Shown here piece by piece: positions 1 to 8,147 of a stretch of DNA of 14,059 nt (its first letter is position 1; every line of letters begins with the position of its first letter). Location of the stretch: assembly GCA_037443035.1 (NCBI GenBank), contig JBBIPC010000039.1, positions 1 to 14,059 of the forward strand, given 5' to 3'. This DNA is from Chthonomonadales bacterium (GTDB lineage: Bacteria; Armatimonadota; Chthonomonadetes; Chthonomonadales; CAJBBX01). The notes beneath the pieces are model-generated. The model was not told where the DNA came from and made no database searches. It saw only the letters and a list, made by a program, of their open reading frames with translations. Position numbers and translations under genes: made by a program.

Positions 1-118
1 ACGGAGACGCAGGGAGAACCTGCGGCTACACGGCCTTCGGCCGTACCGCATCGGGGCGTTACCGCGGACACGCGACCACGGGAGGAACCGTTCAGTCGTA
101 GGGCGAACCTGGGATGCA

Positions 119-136
119 GGGATGCCACGGCATCCC
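119..136. repeat. Hairpin upstream of the SSS ribosome-binding site
   Basis: GGGATGC-CACG-GCATCCC. GGGATGC is also directly repeated at 111-117. No U-tract follows. Confidence 0.45.
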
Positions 137-158
137 GTGAGTCTGCAGGGGGTGCGGC

Positions 159-1880
159 TTGGGTCTGCTCGTTGACGGCCTGCTCATCATTCTCTATTTC
201 GTCTCCATCACCGCCATCGGCCTCTACATGGGCCGCCGGGAGAGGAGCCTCCACGATTTCGCTCTCGGCGGTCGGAGGGTGCCGTGGTGGGCGGTCATGG
301 CTTCGCTCATTGCAGCCGAGACTAGCGCCGCTACCTTCCTCGGTGCTCCGGGGGAGGGCTACGAGAAGCGTAGTCTGGCCTATGTCCAGCTTGTCTTCGG
401 TCTCATCATCGGGCGCTACATCGTCGGCTACGCGTTTCTCAAGCCCTATTACCGCTACCGCGTCTACACCGTCTACGATTACCTCGGTGTGCGGTTCGGC
501 CACCTGACGAAGAACTACGTTTCGGCCTTGTTCCTGGTCATGCGGACGCTGGCTTCGGGCACGCGCCTGTTCGTGCCGTCGTTGGTCATGGTGCTGGCTT
601 GGCGCATGTTCACTGGCGGCGACGTCAAGTTCGGCCAGGACGCGGTGACGACTGTGCCTCCGTACATCATCGCCATCCTCTTGCTGACCATCGTCACCTC
701 CATCTACACGACCATCGGAGGCATCAAGGCGGTCATCTGGACGGATGTCATCCAGGCGACCCTCATGTTCGGAAGCGCGTTGGTGGCCATCGGGACCCTG
801 CTCTGGCATATCGGAGGGCTGGGCGAGCTGGTACGACACGTGCCGCAAATGGCGCGTTTGGAAGGGTACTTCATCACGGGCTTCGAGCCGGCGCGGGTGG
901 CGGCCTGGAAGACGGCGGAGCATGTGTCCAGCATGAACGCCTGGGAATACGTCAAGCTTATCCTGGCCAGCGACTACACCGTATTCTCCGCGCTGATCGC
1001 CACGGTGGTGGCGAATATGGCGGCGTTCGGGACCGACCAGGACATGGTCCAGCGTCTCCTGACTGCTGAAACTCACCAGAAAGCCCGTCGCAGCCTGGTC
1101 ACGGCAGCGTTCATGGACCTGCCCATTGCGGCGGCGTTCACGTTCATCGGCATCCTCCTGTACGTCTTCTACACGAAGGATCCCACCTACAAGCCGGCGG
1201 CCAATGCCGATGTGTTCGGAGCGTACATTCTCCACGTCATGCCGGTGGGCATCCGGGGGCTTGTGCTGGCGGGCGTGTTCGCCACGGCCATGGGCTCCCT
1301 CTCGGCGGCTCTGAATGCGCTTGCCACGAGCGCCACCAACGACTGGTGGATACCTTACTTCGCGCGACGGAGCGACGAGGCGGGGCACGTTCGGGCTGCC
1401 AGGGTTTTCACGGTCATCTTCGCCATCCTCATGATCATCATCGCGGGGTTCTTCGCTTACGCCAAGGTGAAGGACCCGAACGTGAGGATCATACCGGTGG
1501 TGCTGGGCATCGCCGGCTTCATCCTGGGGCCCATGCTAGGCGTCTTTCTGGTTGGCATGTTCACACGGAACCGTGGCTCCGACCGGGGGAACATTCTAGC
1601 GGTCACCTGCGGGCTGATCGCCACCATTGTGTTGGGAGAGCTACATATCTCTGCCGCCAACATGATCGGGCCGTGGTTCGGTGTGGATACCGTCTGGGTC
1701 CGGCCCGACTGGCTACCGAGAGTTTCTTTCACGTGGTTCGCCATGGTGGGTGCCACAGTCGTGTTTCTGGTTGGCATTCTCTTCAGGACACCGGACCATG
1801 TGCTAGCCAGCGCGGAGAGAAAGGCCGCCATGGCCGAGCAAGGAGACGAGAAGCCACTGGCGCTACGGGAGGAGATGTAA
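159..1880 (+). CDS. Sodium:solute symporter (SSS/SLC5 family), 573 aa
   Basis: Many hydrophobic helices. SSS hallmarks: 'DFALGGRRVPWWAVMASLIAAETSAATFLGAPG', 'YTTIGGIKAVIWTDVIQ', 'GTDQDMVQRLL', 'GLVLAGVFATAMGSLSAALNALAT'. TTG start preceded by SD-like AGGGGGT (147-153). Strong G/C third-position bias. Confidence 0.95.
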   Translation: MGLLVDGLLIILYFVSITAIGLYMGRRERSLHDFALGGRRVPWWAVMASLIAAETSAATFLGAPGEGYEKRSLAYVQLVFGLIIGRYIVGYAFLKPYYRYRVYTVYDYLGVRFGHLTKNYVSALFLVMRTLASGTRLFVPSLVMVLAWRMFTGGDVKFGQDAVTTVPPYIIAILLLTIVTSIYTTIGGIKAVIWTDVIQATLMFGSALVAIGTLLWHIGGLGELVRHVPQMARLEGYFITGFEPARVAAWKTAEHVSSMNAWEYVKLILASDYTVFSALIATVVANMAAFGTDQDMVQRLLTAETHQKARRSLVTAAFMDLPIAAAFTFIGILLYVFYTKDPTYKPAANADVFGAYILHVMPVGIRGLVLAGVFATAMGSLSAALNALATSATNDWWIPYFARRSDEAGHVRAARVFTVIFAILMIIIAGFFAYAKVKDPNVRIIPVVLGIAGFILGPMLGVFLVGMFTRNRGSDRGNILAVTCGLIATIVLGELHISAANMIGPWFGVDTVWVRPDWLPRVSFTWFAMVGATVVFLVGILFRTPDHVLASAERKAAMAEQGDEKPLALREEM

Positions 1881-1882
1881 GC

Positions 1883-3511
1883 ATGGAGCCTTGGGCCATG
1901 CTTCCAGCATGGATCGTGGAGTTCGATGCCGACCGGAAGGCGTTGGAGAGCCTCTTCGATGCTCCATATTCGCCGACCCGTCGCAGCCGTCTCGCCGCGC
2001 TCTTAGAGGCATGGCAAGACCGGCTCGATGCCCTGACATGGGGCGAGCTTCCATACTCCGATCGGGTGGATGCACTCCTGCTGGACCGGCTCCTTGTAGC
2101 CGAACGATCACGGCTAAGCCTGGAGAAGCGCCGCTACGAGGAAATGGAGCCGCTGTGTCCGTACGTCAAGGACCTGATCGAGCTGTTGGACGAGCGCAGG
2201 CTGCTGCACGACCTCGAGCCTCGCGTCGCAGCGGAGACACTGCACCGGGCACAGCGTGGCGTCGCCGCTCTCGCCAAGAGAGCCGGAGATGGAACGCCTA
2301 CGTCGGGTGGATTATCGCTTCGCATCGCGCGATTGCTACGGGATCTCAAGAAGGGACTGGAGGAGTGGTACGGGTTCCCCGCGGGCTACGATCCAGTGTT
2401 CACATGGTGGGTGGAGAAGCCCCACGAAGCTCTTGCCGAGTCGCTGGGCACCTGTGCCGACGCACTGGAGAAGTCGTCCTGTGGAAGCGATGGACAGGGA
2501 ATCGCCGGTGATCCAGTAGGCCGAGAAACCCTAGCGGCCGACCTGGACGCGGCCCTCGTCCCTTACACGCCCGAAGAGCTGATTGCCGTGGGTGAACGGG
2601 AAGCGCAGTGGTGCCGACGCGAGATGGTCAAGGCTGCGCAGGAGATGGGCTGCGGAGAGGATTGGCGCGCAGCGCTGGAGCGCATCAAGGAAGATCATGT
2701 GCCGCCAGGAGACCAGGCACGGTTGGTGCGAGACCTGGCCCGCGAGGCCGTGACCTTCCTGGAGGAGAGGGATCTGCTCACCATTCCCGAACGGGCCCGA
2801 GACGGATGGCGGCTGGAGATGATGTCGCCGGAACGTCAGAAGGTGAACCCCTTCTTCCTCGGTGGTCCCTGCATCATGGTGTCCTATCCCACGGCCGAGA
2901 TGGACCACGAAGCGAAGCTGATGAGCATGCGAGGGAACAACCGGCACTTCTCACGTGCGACGGTCCAGCACGAGCTCATCCCTGGTCATTACCTGCAGCA
3001 TTATTGCCAGCAGCGATATCGCCCATATCGGCACATATTCCACACGCCGTTCTGGACGGAAGGCTGGGCGCTCTACTGGGAAATGCGCTTGTGGGAGCTC
3101 GGCTTCCCCCGAACCCCCGAGGAACGCATGGGCATGTTGTTCTGGCGCATGCACCGTGCCGCTCGCGTGGTCTTTTCCCTGCGGTTCCACTTGGGGGAGA
3201 TGACAGCGGGTGACTGCGTGGAGATGCTGGTGAACGAAGTAGGTCACGAGCGCTCGACGGCCGAGGGGGAGGTACGACGGTCGTTCGGAGGCGACTATCC
3301 ACCACTCTACCAGTGCGCCTATTACATTGGCGGTCTGCAGTTCCGGGCACTCCATAGGGAGCTGGTGGAAACAGGGACCATGACCGAGCGCGCTTTTCAC
3401 GACGGTATCCTGCGGGAGAACTGCATGCCTGTGGCGGTGCTACGGGCGATTCTCCGCAAGGACGAAGTGGAGCGGCACCATCCACCCGTCTGGAACTTCC
3501 TGGAGGAGTGA
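1883..3511 (+). CDS. DUF885 family protein (putative zincin-like metallopeptidase), 542 aa
   Basis: DUF885 motifs 'HELIPGHYLQ' (HExxPGH, 2969-2989) and 'TEGWALYWE' (Glu codon at 3059), followed by 'WRMHRAAR' and 'YQCAYYIGGLQFRAL'. Start reassigned from 1346 to ATG 1883, which is in frame, lies 2 nt after the SSS stop and has GGAGGAG (1868-1874) 8 nt upstream. Confidence 0.9.
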   Translation: MEPWAMLPAWIVEFDADRKALESLFDAPYSPTRRSRLAALLEAWQDRLDALTWGELPYSDRVDALLLDRLLVAERSRLSLEKRRYEEMEPLCPYVKDLIELLDERRLLHDLEPRVAAETLHRAQRGVAALAKRAGDGTPTSGGLSLRIARLLRDLKKGLEEWYGFPAGYDPVFTWWVEKPHEALAESLGTCADALEKSSCGSDGQGIAGDPVGRETLAADLDAALVPYTPEELIAVGEREAQWCRREMVKAAQEMGCGEDWRAALERIKEDHVPPGDQARLVRDLAREAVTFLEERDLLTIPERARDGWRLEMMSPERQKVNPFFLGGPCIMVSYPTAEMDHEAKLMSMRGNNRHFSRATVQHELIPGHYLQHYCQQRYRPYRHIFHTPFWTEGWALYWEMRLWELGFPRTPEERMGMLFWRMHRAARVVFSLRFHLGEMTAGDCVEMLVNEVGHERSTAEGEVRRSFGGDYPPLYQCAYYIGGLQFRALHRELVETGTMTERAFHDGILRENCMPVAVLRAILRKDEVERHHPPVWNFLEE

Positions 3512-3555
3512 GTGGATACGCGTTCTCGGTGCGGCAGCAGGGCAGGGTTGGGTAG

Positions 3556-5058
3556 ATGACAGTTCGTGCAGGAGCCATCAGCCGGCGAGGGCTGCTGACC
3601 GGTGCACCCCTCCTCCTAAGCAGCGCCGCGAGCGGTGTTCCGCGGCACAGAATCACCCTGGCAACCGTCAGCGCAAACTACAAAGAGGGGTTCGAGCAAA
3701 TCGCTGCGTCCTACGAGAAGCTCCATCCCGGTACGGACGTCGTCATCCAGATCATGCCGGTGAACGGCTACGAAACCTGGCTTCGGACCCAGATACCAGG
3801 TGGCAGTTCCGGAGCGCCGGATCTCTTCAATGCCAACTACGCCTGGGGCATGTACGAACGGGGTCTCATGGTCAACATCGGTCCCTACCTTTCACGACGG
3901 AACCCCTACACGGGCATGCCATGGGTGAAGACCCTCAACACGCAGTTCATCGAGAAGTACAAGGTGGCAGGCGATGTCTCGTTCCTGCCCATGGACTTCA
4001 TCGAGATCGCCTTCTACTACAACGCCGATGTCTTCGCCAGATTGGGGCTGCGCCCGCCCAGAACATGGGAGGAGATGCTGGCAATGGCGGGGCGCATCCG
4101 AGCCTCCGGCATCATCCCATTCGCTGTGCCAGGCAACGCCGATTCCTATTGGTCTGGCACCGTGGGCTGGATCGCCAGGTTCTTCACGGACGCCTACACG
4201 CGACATCTTGTACCGCTCGTGCTGTCCCAGCCGGGTGACTGGGACTACGACGCGCGCAAGAATGGCGGTTTCAAGCTCAACCTCAGCGACCCGTACAACG
4301 ATGCCTACGTGGTGACCAATGGAGAGCGCCTTCTGGCTGCCGTGCGCGACGGCCGCATACGGGTGGACGATGAGCGGTTCGCTGAGGTCTATACACGCAT
4401 TCGGGAGTTCTCCCGGTACTGGCAGCGGGGATTCCATGGCGCCAGCAGCCAGACGGCCTATCACCTATTCCTCAGCGGTCGCGCAGCGGTACTTCTGGAG
4501 ACATCGGCTCAGATCGGACAGTTGCTCAAGGATATGGACGATCTGCCACCGCGGGCCCGCTTTCGCTGGGGTATCTTCGCGGTGCCACCCTTGACGACAT
4601 CGCGATTTCGGGTTCCCCCCTTTCGTGGCGTTGGTGGTCCGGGTCTCGTTCTGGGGGTGGTGAAGAAAGACCCCGCCCAGGTTGCGCGCACCATGGACTT
4701 TCTCATGTTCCTGAGTTCGCCCCGATCGGCGCGCATTCTCGTGGAACAAGCCCTGCGCAACAAGAGGCCCTTGACCGGTCCCATGCTCATACCAGGAGTA
4801 GCCTTCCCGGAGAACATTCAGCGTCTTTTCGCGCCGTTCGAGGGGCGGGGGTTCGAGAGGCTGTCCTGGCGTGGTCTCCTGGATGAGCAGCAGAGCGTCT
4901 GGGAATGGACCGTCTGGGCGCAACGGTACATGGACGGGCGGTTGACGCTGCGGGAGTTCCTGAAAAGGTATCAGAAGACGATTCTGGACGCCGTGCCGCG
5001 GGTCATCGCCATGCAGCATCTCGACATGGACCCGAGGACCAAAGACAGCAGGAGCTAG
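3556..5058 (+). CDS. Extracellular solute-binding protein, carbohydrate ABC type (SBP family 1-like), with twin-arginine signal, 500 aa
   Basis: N-terminus 'ISRRGLLTGAPLLLSSAASG' is Tat-like. Typical SBP_bac_1 segments: 'YEKLHPGTDVVI', 'APDLF', 'FYYNADVFARLGLRPPRTWEEML', 'LFLSGRAAV', 'MDFLMFLSSP'. Confidence 0.88.
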   Translation: MTVRAGAISRRGLLTGAPLLLSSAASGVPRHRITLATVSANYKEGFEQIAASYEKLHPGTDVVIQIMPVNGYETWLRTQIPGGSSGAPDLFNANYAWGMYERGLMVNIGPYLSRRNPYTGMPWVKTLNTQFIEKYKVAGDVSFLPMDFIEIAFYYNADVFARLGLRPPRTWEEMLAMAGRIRASGIIPFAVPGNADSYWSGTVGWIARFFTDAYTRHLVPLVLSQPGDWDYDARKNGGFKLNLSDPYNDAYVVTNGERLLAAVRDGRIRVDDERFAEVYTRIREFSRYWQRGFHGASSQTAYHLFLSGRAAVLLETSAQIGQLLKDMDDLPPRARFRWGIFAVPPLTTSRFRVPPFRGVGGPGLVLGVVKKDPAQVARTMDFLMFLSSPRSARILVEQALRNKRPLTGPMLIPGVAFPENIQRLFAPFEGRGFERLSWRGLLDEQQSVWEWTVWAQRYMDGRLTLREFLKRYQKTILDAVPRVIAMQHLDMDPRTKDSRS

Positions 5059-5185
5059 GAACGGAGGGCGGCTCGCTGGACCAGTCGGACAGGTCTGGCG
5101 CGGGCGGCCCGCCGTGGCACAGTCGGGAGCTTCCTGAGGGAATCTTGCGTACCCTAGGGTGGACGATTTCTTAGGATTACGCTCG

Positions 5186-6028
5186 GTGAACACCACAACG
5201 CTGGTACACAGGCAGACCTCGCGTCTAGGCGCACCCCCCATCCCTCGTGAGCACGGTTCGTGGGTCCTGGCAGCGTGTGCTGTTGGTATAGGTGCAGCGG
5301 CCGCACCGGCCGTACGGGTGGTTTCTCTTCTGCTCTTGGTACTGGGTGTCGCGGCGGCGATGATGGCCCGCGCGTCGCTTCAGGCTGCGCTGCGGCGGCA
5401 CCCTCGAGCAGGCGCGAGGGGGTGGGCCGCCATCTGGCTAACTGTGGCAGTCAGCGCAGCTGCGGTGCTGTCGGTTGGGTTCTCGTTGCCGGGTATGCGC
5501 GCCCTGGCAGTCGCGGGAATCGCGTATGCGGGCGTGATCTATGCGCTGTCAAGGCCAGTGCGGGGCAGACGTCTGGACCGAACAGTCTGGGGCGAGTGGC
5601 TTGGCGCAGGAGGACTGGCGCTGGCAGCTCCCGCGGGATACGCCGTGGGTGGAGGCCACTCTTTGCCGACGGAGGCGTTCCTGTGGTTTCTCATGTGGGC
5701 GTACTCCGGCAGCGGCATTGTCTACGTGAAGATGCAGATCGCTGCTCTGCATCACAGAGAGCTAGACAGCACGGAGCTCCGGAGGATATGCGGGCAGGGA
5801 AACTTCCTTTACCACCTGGGGATGGCGGCGGCAGTGGGCGCCATGGCCCTGCGCGGTGACGAATGGCTCCTCATCGGCACGGCGTTCCTGCCCGTCATCG
5901 TCAGGGCGTTCGTCGGATGGTGGCGTCTTCGAGCGGTACGGCAGTCGTTCGTGCGTGTCGGCCTGCTGGAGATGGCCTACTCCGTCTGGTTCGCCGTGTG
6001 GGTGGGTGCGGCCGTACGCACTCTATGA
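5186..6028 (+). CDS. YwiC-like family integral membrane protein
   Basis: N-terminal 'IPREHGSW' matches the YwiC-like PxxHG(A/S)W motif. Also 'GIVYVK' and C-terminal 'RVGLLEMAYS', with several hydrophobic helices. The start is uncertain: GTG 5186 (AGGA at 5173-5176 upstream) or GTG 5159 as in the ORF track. Confidence 0.8.
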   Translation: MNTTTLVHRQTSRLGAPPIPREHGSWVLAACAVGIGAAAAPAVRVVSLLLLVLGVAAAMMARASLQAALRRHPRAGARGWAAIWLTVAVSAAAVLSVGFSLPGMRALAVAGIAYAGVIYALSRPVRGRRLDRTVWGEWLGAGGLALAAPAGYAVGGGHSLPTEAFLWFLMWAYSGSGIVYVKMQIAALHHRELDSTELRRICGQGNFLYHLGMAAAVGAMALRGDEWLLIGTAFLPVIVRAFVGWWRLRAVRQSFVRVGLLEMAYSVWFAVWVGAAVRTL

Positions 6029-6061
6029 GAACGCACGGCCGCACCAGTATTCCGAGCTTCC

Positions 6062-6085
6062 GACCCATGGCCGGACGAATGGGTC
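6062..6085. terminator. Possible hairpin between the convergent ywiC-like and GH172 genes
   Basis: GACCCAT (6062-6068) and ATGGGTC (6079-6085) form an inverted repeat overlapping the GH172 stop codon. It lacks a U-tract on either strand, so a terminator function is weakly supported. Confidence 0.25.
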
Positions 6086-8117
6086 AGGGCGTCACCAGCC
6101 TCACATAGTCGAGGCCGAACATGTAGGACTTGACGGCCTGTTCGTTGGCGCCAACGATCTCGGCGGTGAGCTGATGCTCGCCAGCGCTTAGGTCCAGCGT
6201 GCCGAGATCCACTTCACCCGTGGGTATGACGCCATTGTTGAAGAAGTCCATGGGCTCGCCGAGCTTCTTCCCGTCGAGCCATAGCTGGACGATCCCGTAG
6301 TCCACGGCCTTCGTGAACTGAGCCTTCAAAGCGTAGCGGCCGGCTTTCTGCACGGGCAAGGCCAGCGTCAGCTTGTCGCCCGGCTTGGCTCCCGTCCACC
6401 AGAGGTGAACGCTCCGGCTCCATTGACCCTCGAATCCGCCGAGGTTCTGTGCCTGTGTGCCACCACCCGTGCACGCGAGCACTTTCATGGTTTCGCCTTC
6501 GACTGCACCCCGAGCGACGAACGGCTCCGGGGCGTTCAGGTCGAAGTAGCCTAGGCGCTGCTCCAGAGGTTGAGGTGTATAAGGGTCCTTGCCACCTGGT
6601 GCGAGATACCAATACGCTGTGGCCGCGTAGAGCGTGGGCCGGTCATTCGGGAAGTACTTCTCGATGGTGGCGGTGAAAGCGTTCTGGAACGGCACGTTAT
6701 CGCCAATATGCCACCGATTGACGGATGCATGTCCCCGGTTATCACCGCTGTTGAACGGCTGGTTGTGGTAGCAGTTGACGAACGGCGTCGGATTGCACCA
6801 TGCGTAGCCAAAGTAATCCTCGGAACCCGTGCCGAACGTAGAAGGAAACTTCTCGCCGTCCACGTAGAACATCTCATCACCTTCGCCCCACCAACCCCCT
6901 TTGGGGTTCCAGACGTGGAGGTTGACGCCAACGAAGCGCCCGGCCCCTTCTGTGGTCAGCATGGTCCACTCGATGTTCCTTCCCTTCTCCGTGGGCAGGA
7001 AGGCATCGCGATGCCACTTGGCATGGAATCGCGCGTACTCCGAGGCGGGACGTGCAAGCGGCGCATGGGTTACTTCCGCTGTCACGTGCCGTACGCTCTT
7101 CCCATCGTTGACGATCTCGACGCGTGCCTCTCTGGCGAAGGGCATGTACCAGAAGCAGTAGAAGCCCTCCTCCGTCATGCCCAGAGGCAGCGACTTGTAG
7201 AGGTTGATACCGGGCGCCGTGCCGAAAAAGTCGCCCAATGGCGCCCAGACGGCCGGCTCCGCTTCGCCGTCGAAGGTGATTCGGAGGGCCAGTTCGCGGA
7301 GCGCCAGGGTCTCCTGAGCCCGATTGGTCAGCCCCTCCACCCGGACGCGCAACGCGGAGATCGCTCGTTGTCCCTTCACGTTGGCAACCAGAACACTCTC
7401 CTTGGGTTTGATCGCCATGCGCTTCCTGGCGATGCGCTGGCCTGGCCTGGCGCCAGCCGGATCCTGTCCGAGACCGTTGGTGAGAAAGTCATTGGCGCGT
7501 CGCAGCGCGTCCAGTTCGTCGGCTGACAGCTTGCGTGTGAACGTAGGGAGGATGGTGTCCTTGGGGTAGGTGGTGTACGTGAAGTGGTAATAGGCGCCCC
7601 AGCCATCCTCGGCCACGACTTTGCACGATTTCTGGAACGGGATGGGCACGTAGAGATTCTTGCCGCTCGAAGCGTCATGGGCAAGCGCTGGATAGTCAAA
7701 TGGCGACTGGGTGTTATCGAAATACTGACTGAAGCGCAAGTCAACAGCCGGTTCGGTGTTGCCGTCCAGGTAGATACGCACACGGCCTGCCTGTGGGGCG
7801 GCGGACCATATGCGCCAGATCACGCCGGGCCCCTCGATTTCAGCGAAGACCTGCTTACCATCCTCGCGCCGGATAATGCCGTTGCCGTCGCCATTCGCGT
7901 CCCATGCCTTGTACTCACCCGTGTCCGGGTCGTACCGACTCGCCCTGTCATAGCTAGACCACTGGGCAGTCTTGACGCCCGGCTTGGGCACGATGGCCAG
8001 CCGCTCCAGATCGGTGAGCTGGTGAATGAGATCGAGATACGTGTACGTGTCAGCTTTCGCGTGACCGGTGAACAGTACACAGGCGCCTACTATGGCTGCC
8101 AGATAGGTACGGGTCAT
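6084..8117 (-). CDS. Secreted GH172 / DUF2961 glycoside hydrolase with C-terminal CBM6/CBM35-like beta-sandwich, 677 aa
   Basis: Sec-type signal 'MTRTYLAAIVGACVLFTGHAKA'. DUF2961 motifs 'SSYDR', 'GPGVIWRIW', 'PLGDFFG', 'MPF', 'FHAKW', 'WWGEGDEMFYVDGE..PS..GTGSEDYFG.AW', 'RWHIGDNVPF'. C-terminal domain runs from 'VEGE' to 'GLDYVRL'. SD-like GGGGGA (complement of 8123-8128) 5 nt before the ATG. Confidence 0.92.
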   Translation of the reverse strand: MTRTYLAAIVGACVLFTGHAKADTYTYLDLIHQLTDLERLAIVPKPGVKTAQWSSYDRASRYDPDTGEYKAWDANGDGNGIIRREDGKQVFAEIEGPGVIWRIWSAAPQAGRVRIYLDGNTEPAVDLRFSQYFDNTQSPFDYPALAHDASSGKNLYVPIPFQKSCKVVAEDGWGAYYHFTYTTYPKDTILPTFTRKLSADELDALRRANDFLTNGLGQDPAGARPGQRIARKRMAIKPKESVLVANVKGQRAISALRVRVEGLTNRAQETLALRELALRITFDGEAEPAVWAPLGDFFGTAPGINLYKSLPLGMTEEGFYCFWYMPFAREARVEIVNDGKSVRHVTAEVTHAPLARPASEYARFHAKWHRDAFLPTEKGRNIEWTMLTTEGAGRFVGVNLHVWNPKGGWWGEGDEMFYVDGEKFPSTFGTGSEDYFGYAWCNPTPFVNCYHNQPFNSGDNRGHASVNRWHIGDNVPFQNAFTATIEKYFPNDRPTLYAATAYWYLAPGGKDPYTPQPLEQRLGYFDLNAPEPFVARGAVEGETMKVLACTGGGTQAQNLGGFEGQWSRSVHLWWTGAKPGDKLTLALPVQKAGRYALKAQFTKAVDYGIVQLWLDGKKLGEPMDFFNNGVIPTGEVDLGTLDLSAGEHQLTAEIVGANEQAVKSYMFGLDYVRLVTP

Positions 8118-8147
8118 GCCAATCCCCCAAGGAGTATGATGCTACAC

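Noticed and set aside
1..60. Glycine riboswitch, suggested by two GGAGA motifs upstream of a symporter
   Set aside because: The other conserved elements (CCGAAG, CUCUCAGG) are absent.
1346..1882. 179-aa N-terminal extension of the DUF885 ORF in the ORF track
   Set aside because: It overlaps the SSS gene in another frame and has Arg/His/Gly-rich off-frame composition. A proper SD and ATG exist at 1883. I see no slippery site suggesting an SSS-DUF885 frameshift fusion.
6570..8135. 318-aa and 259-aa + strand ORFs antisense to GH172
   Set aside because: Codon-register shadows of the real gene with no domain features. Only the intergenic tail of the second is kept, as a low-interest finding.
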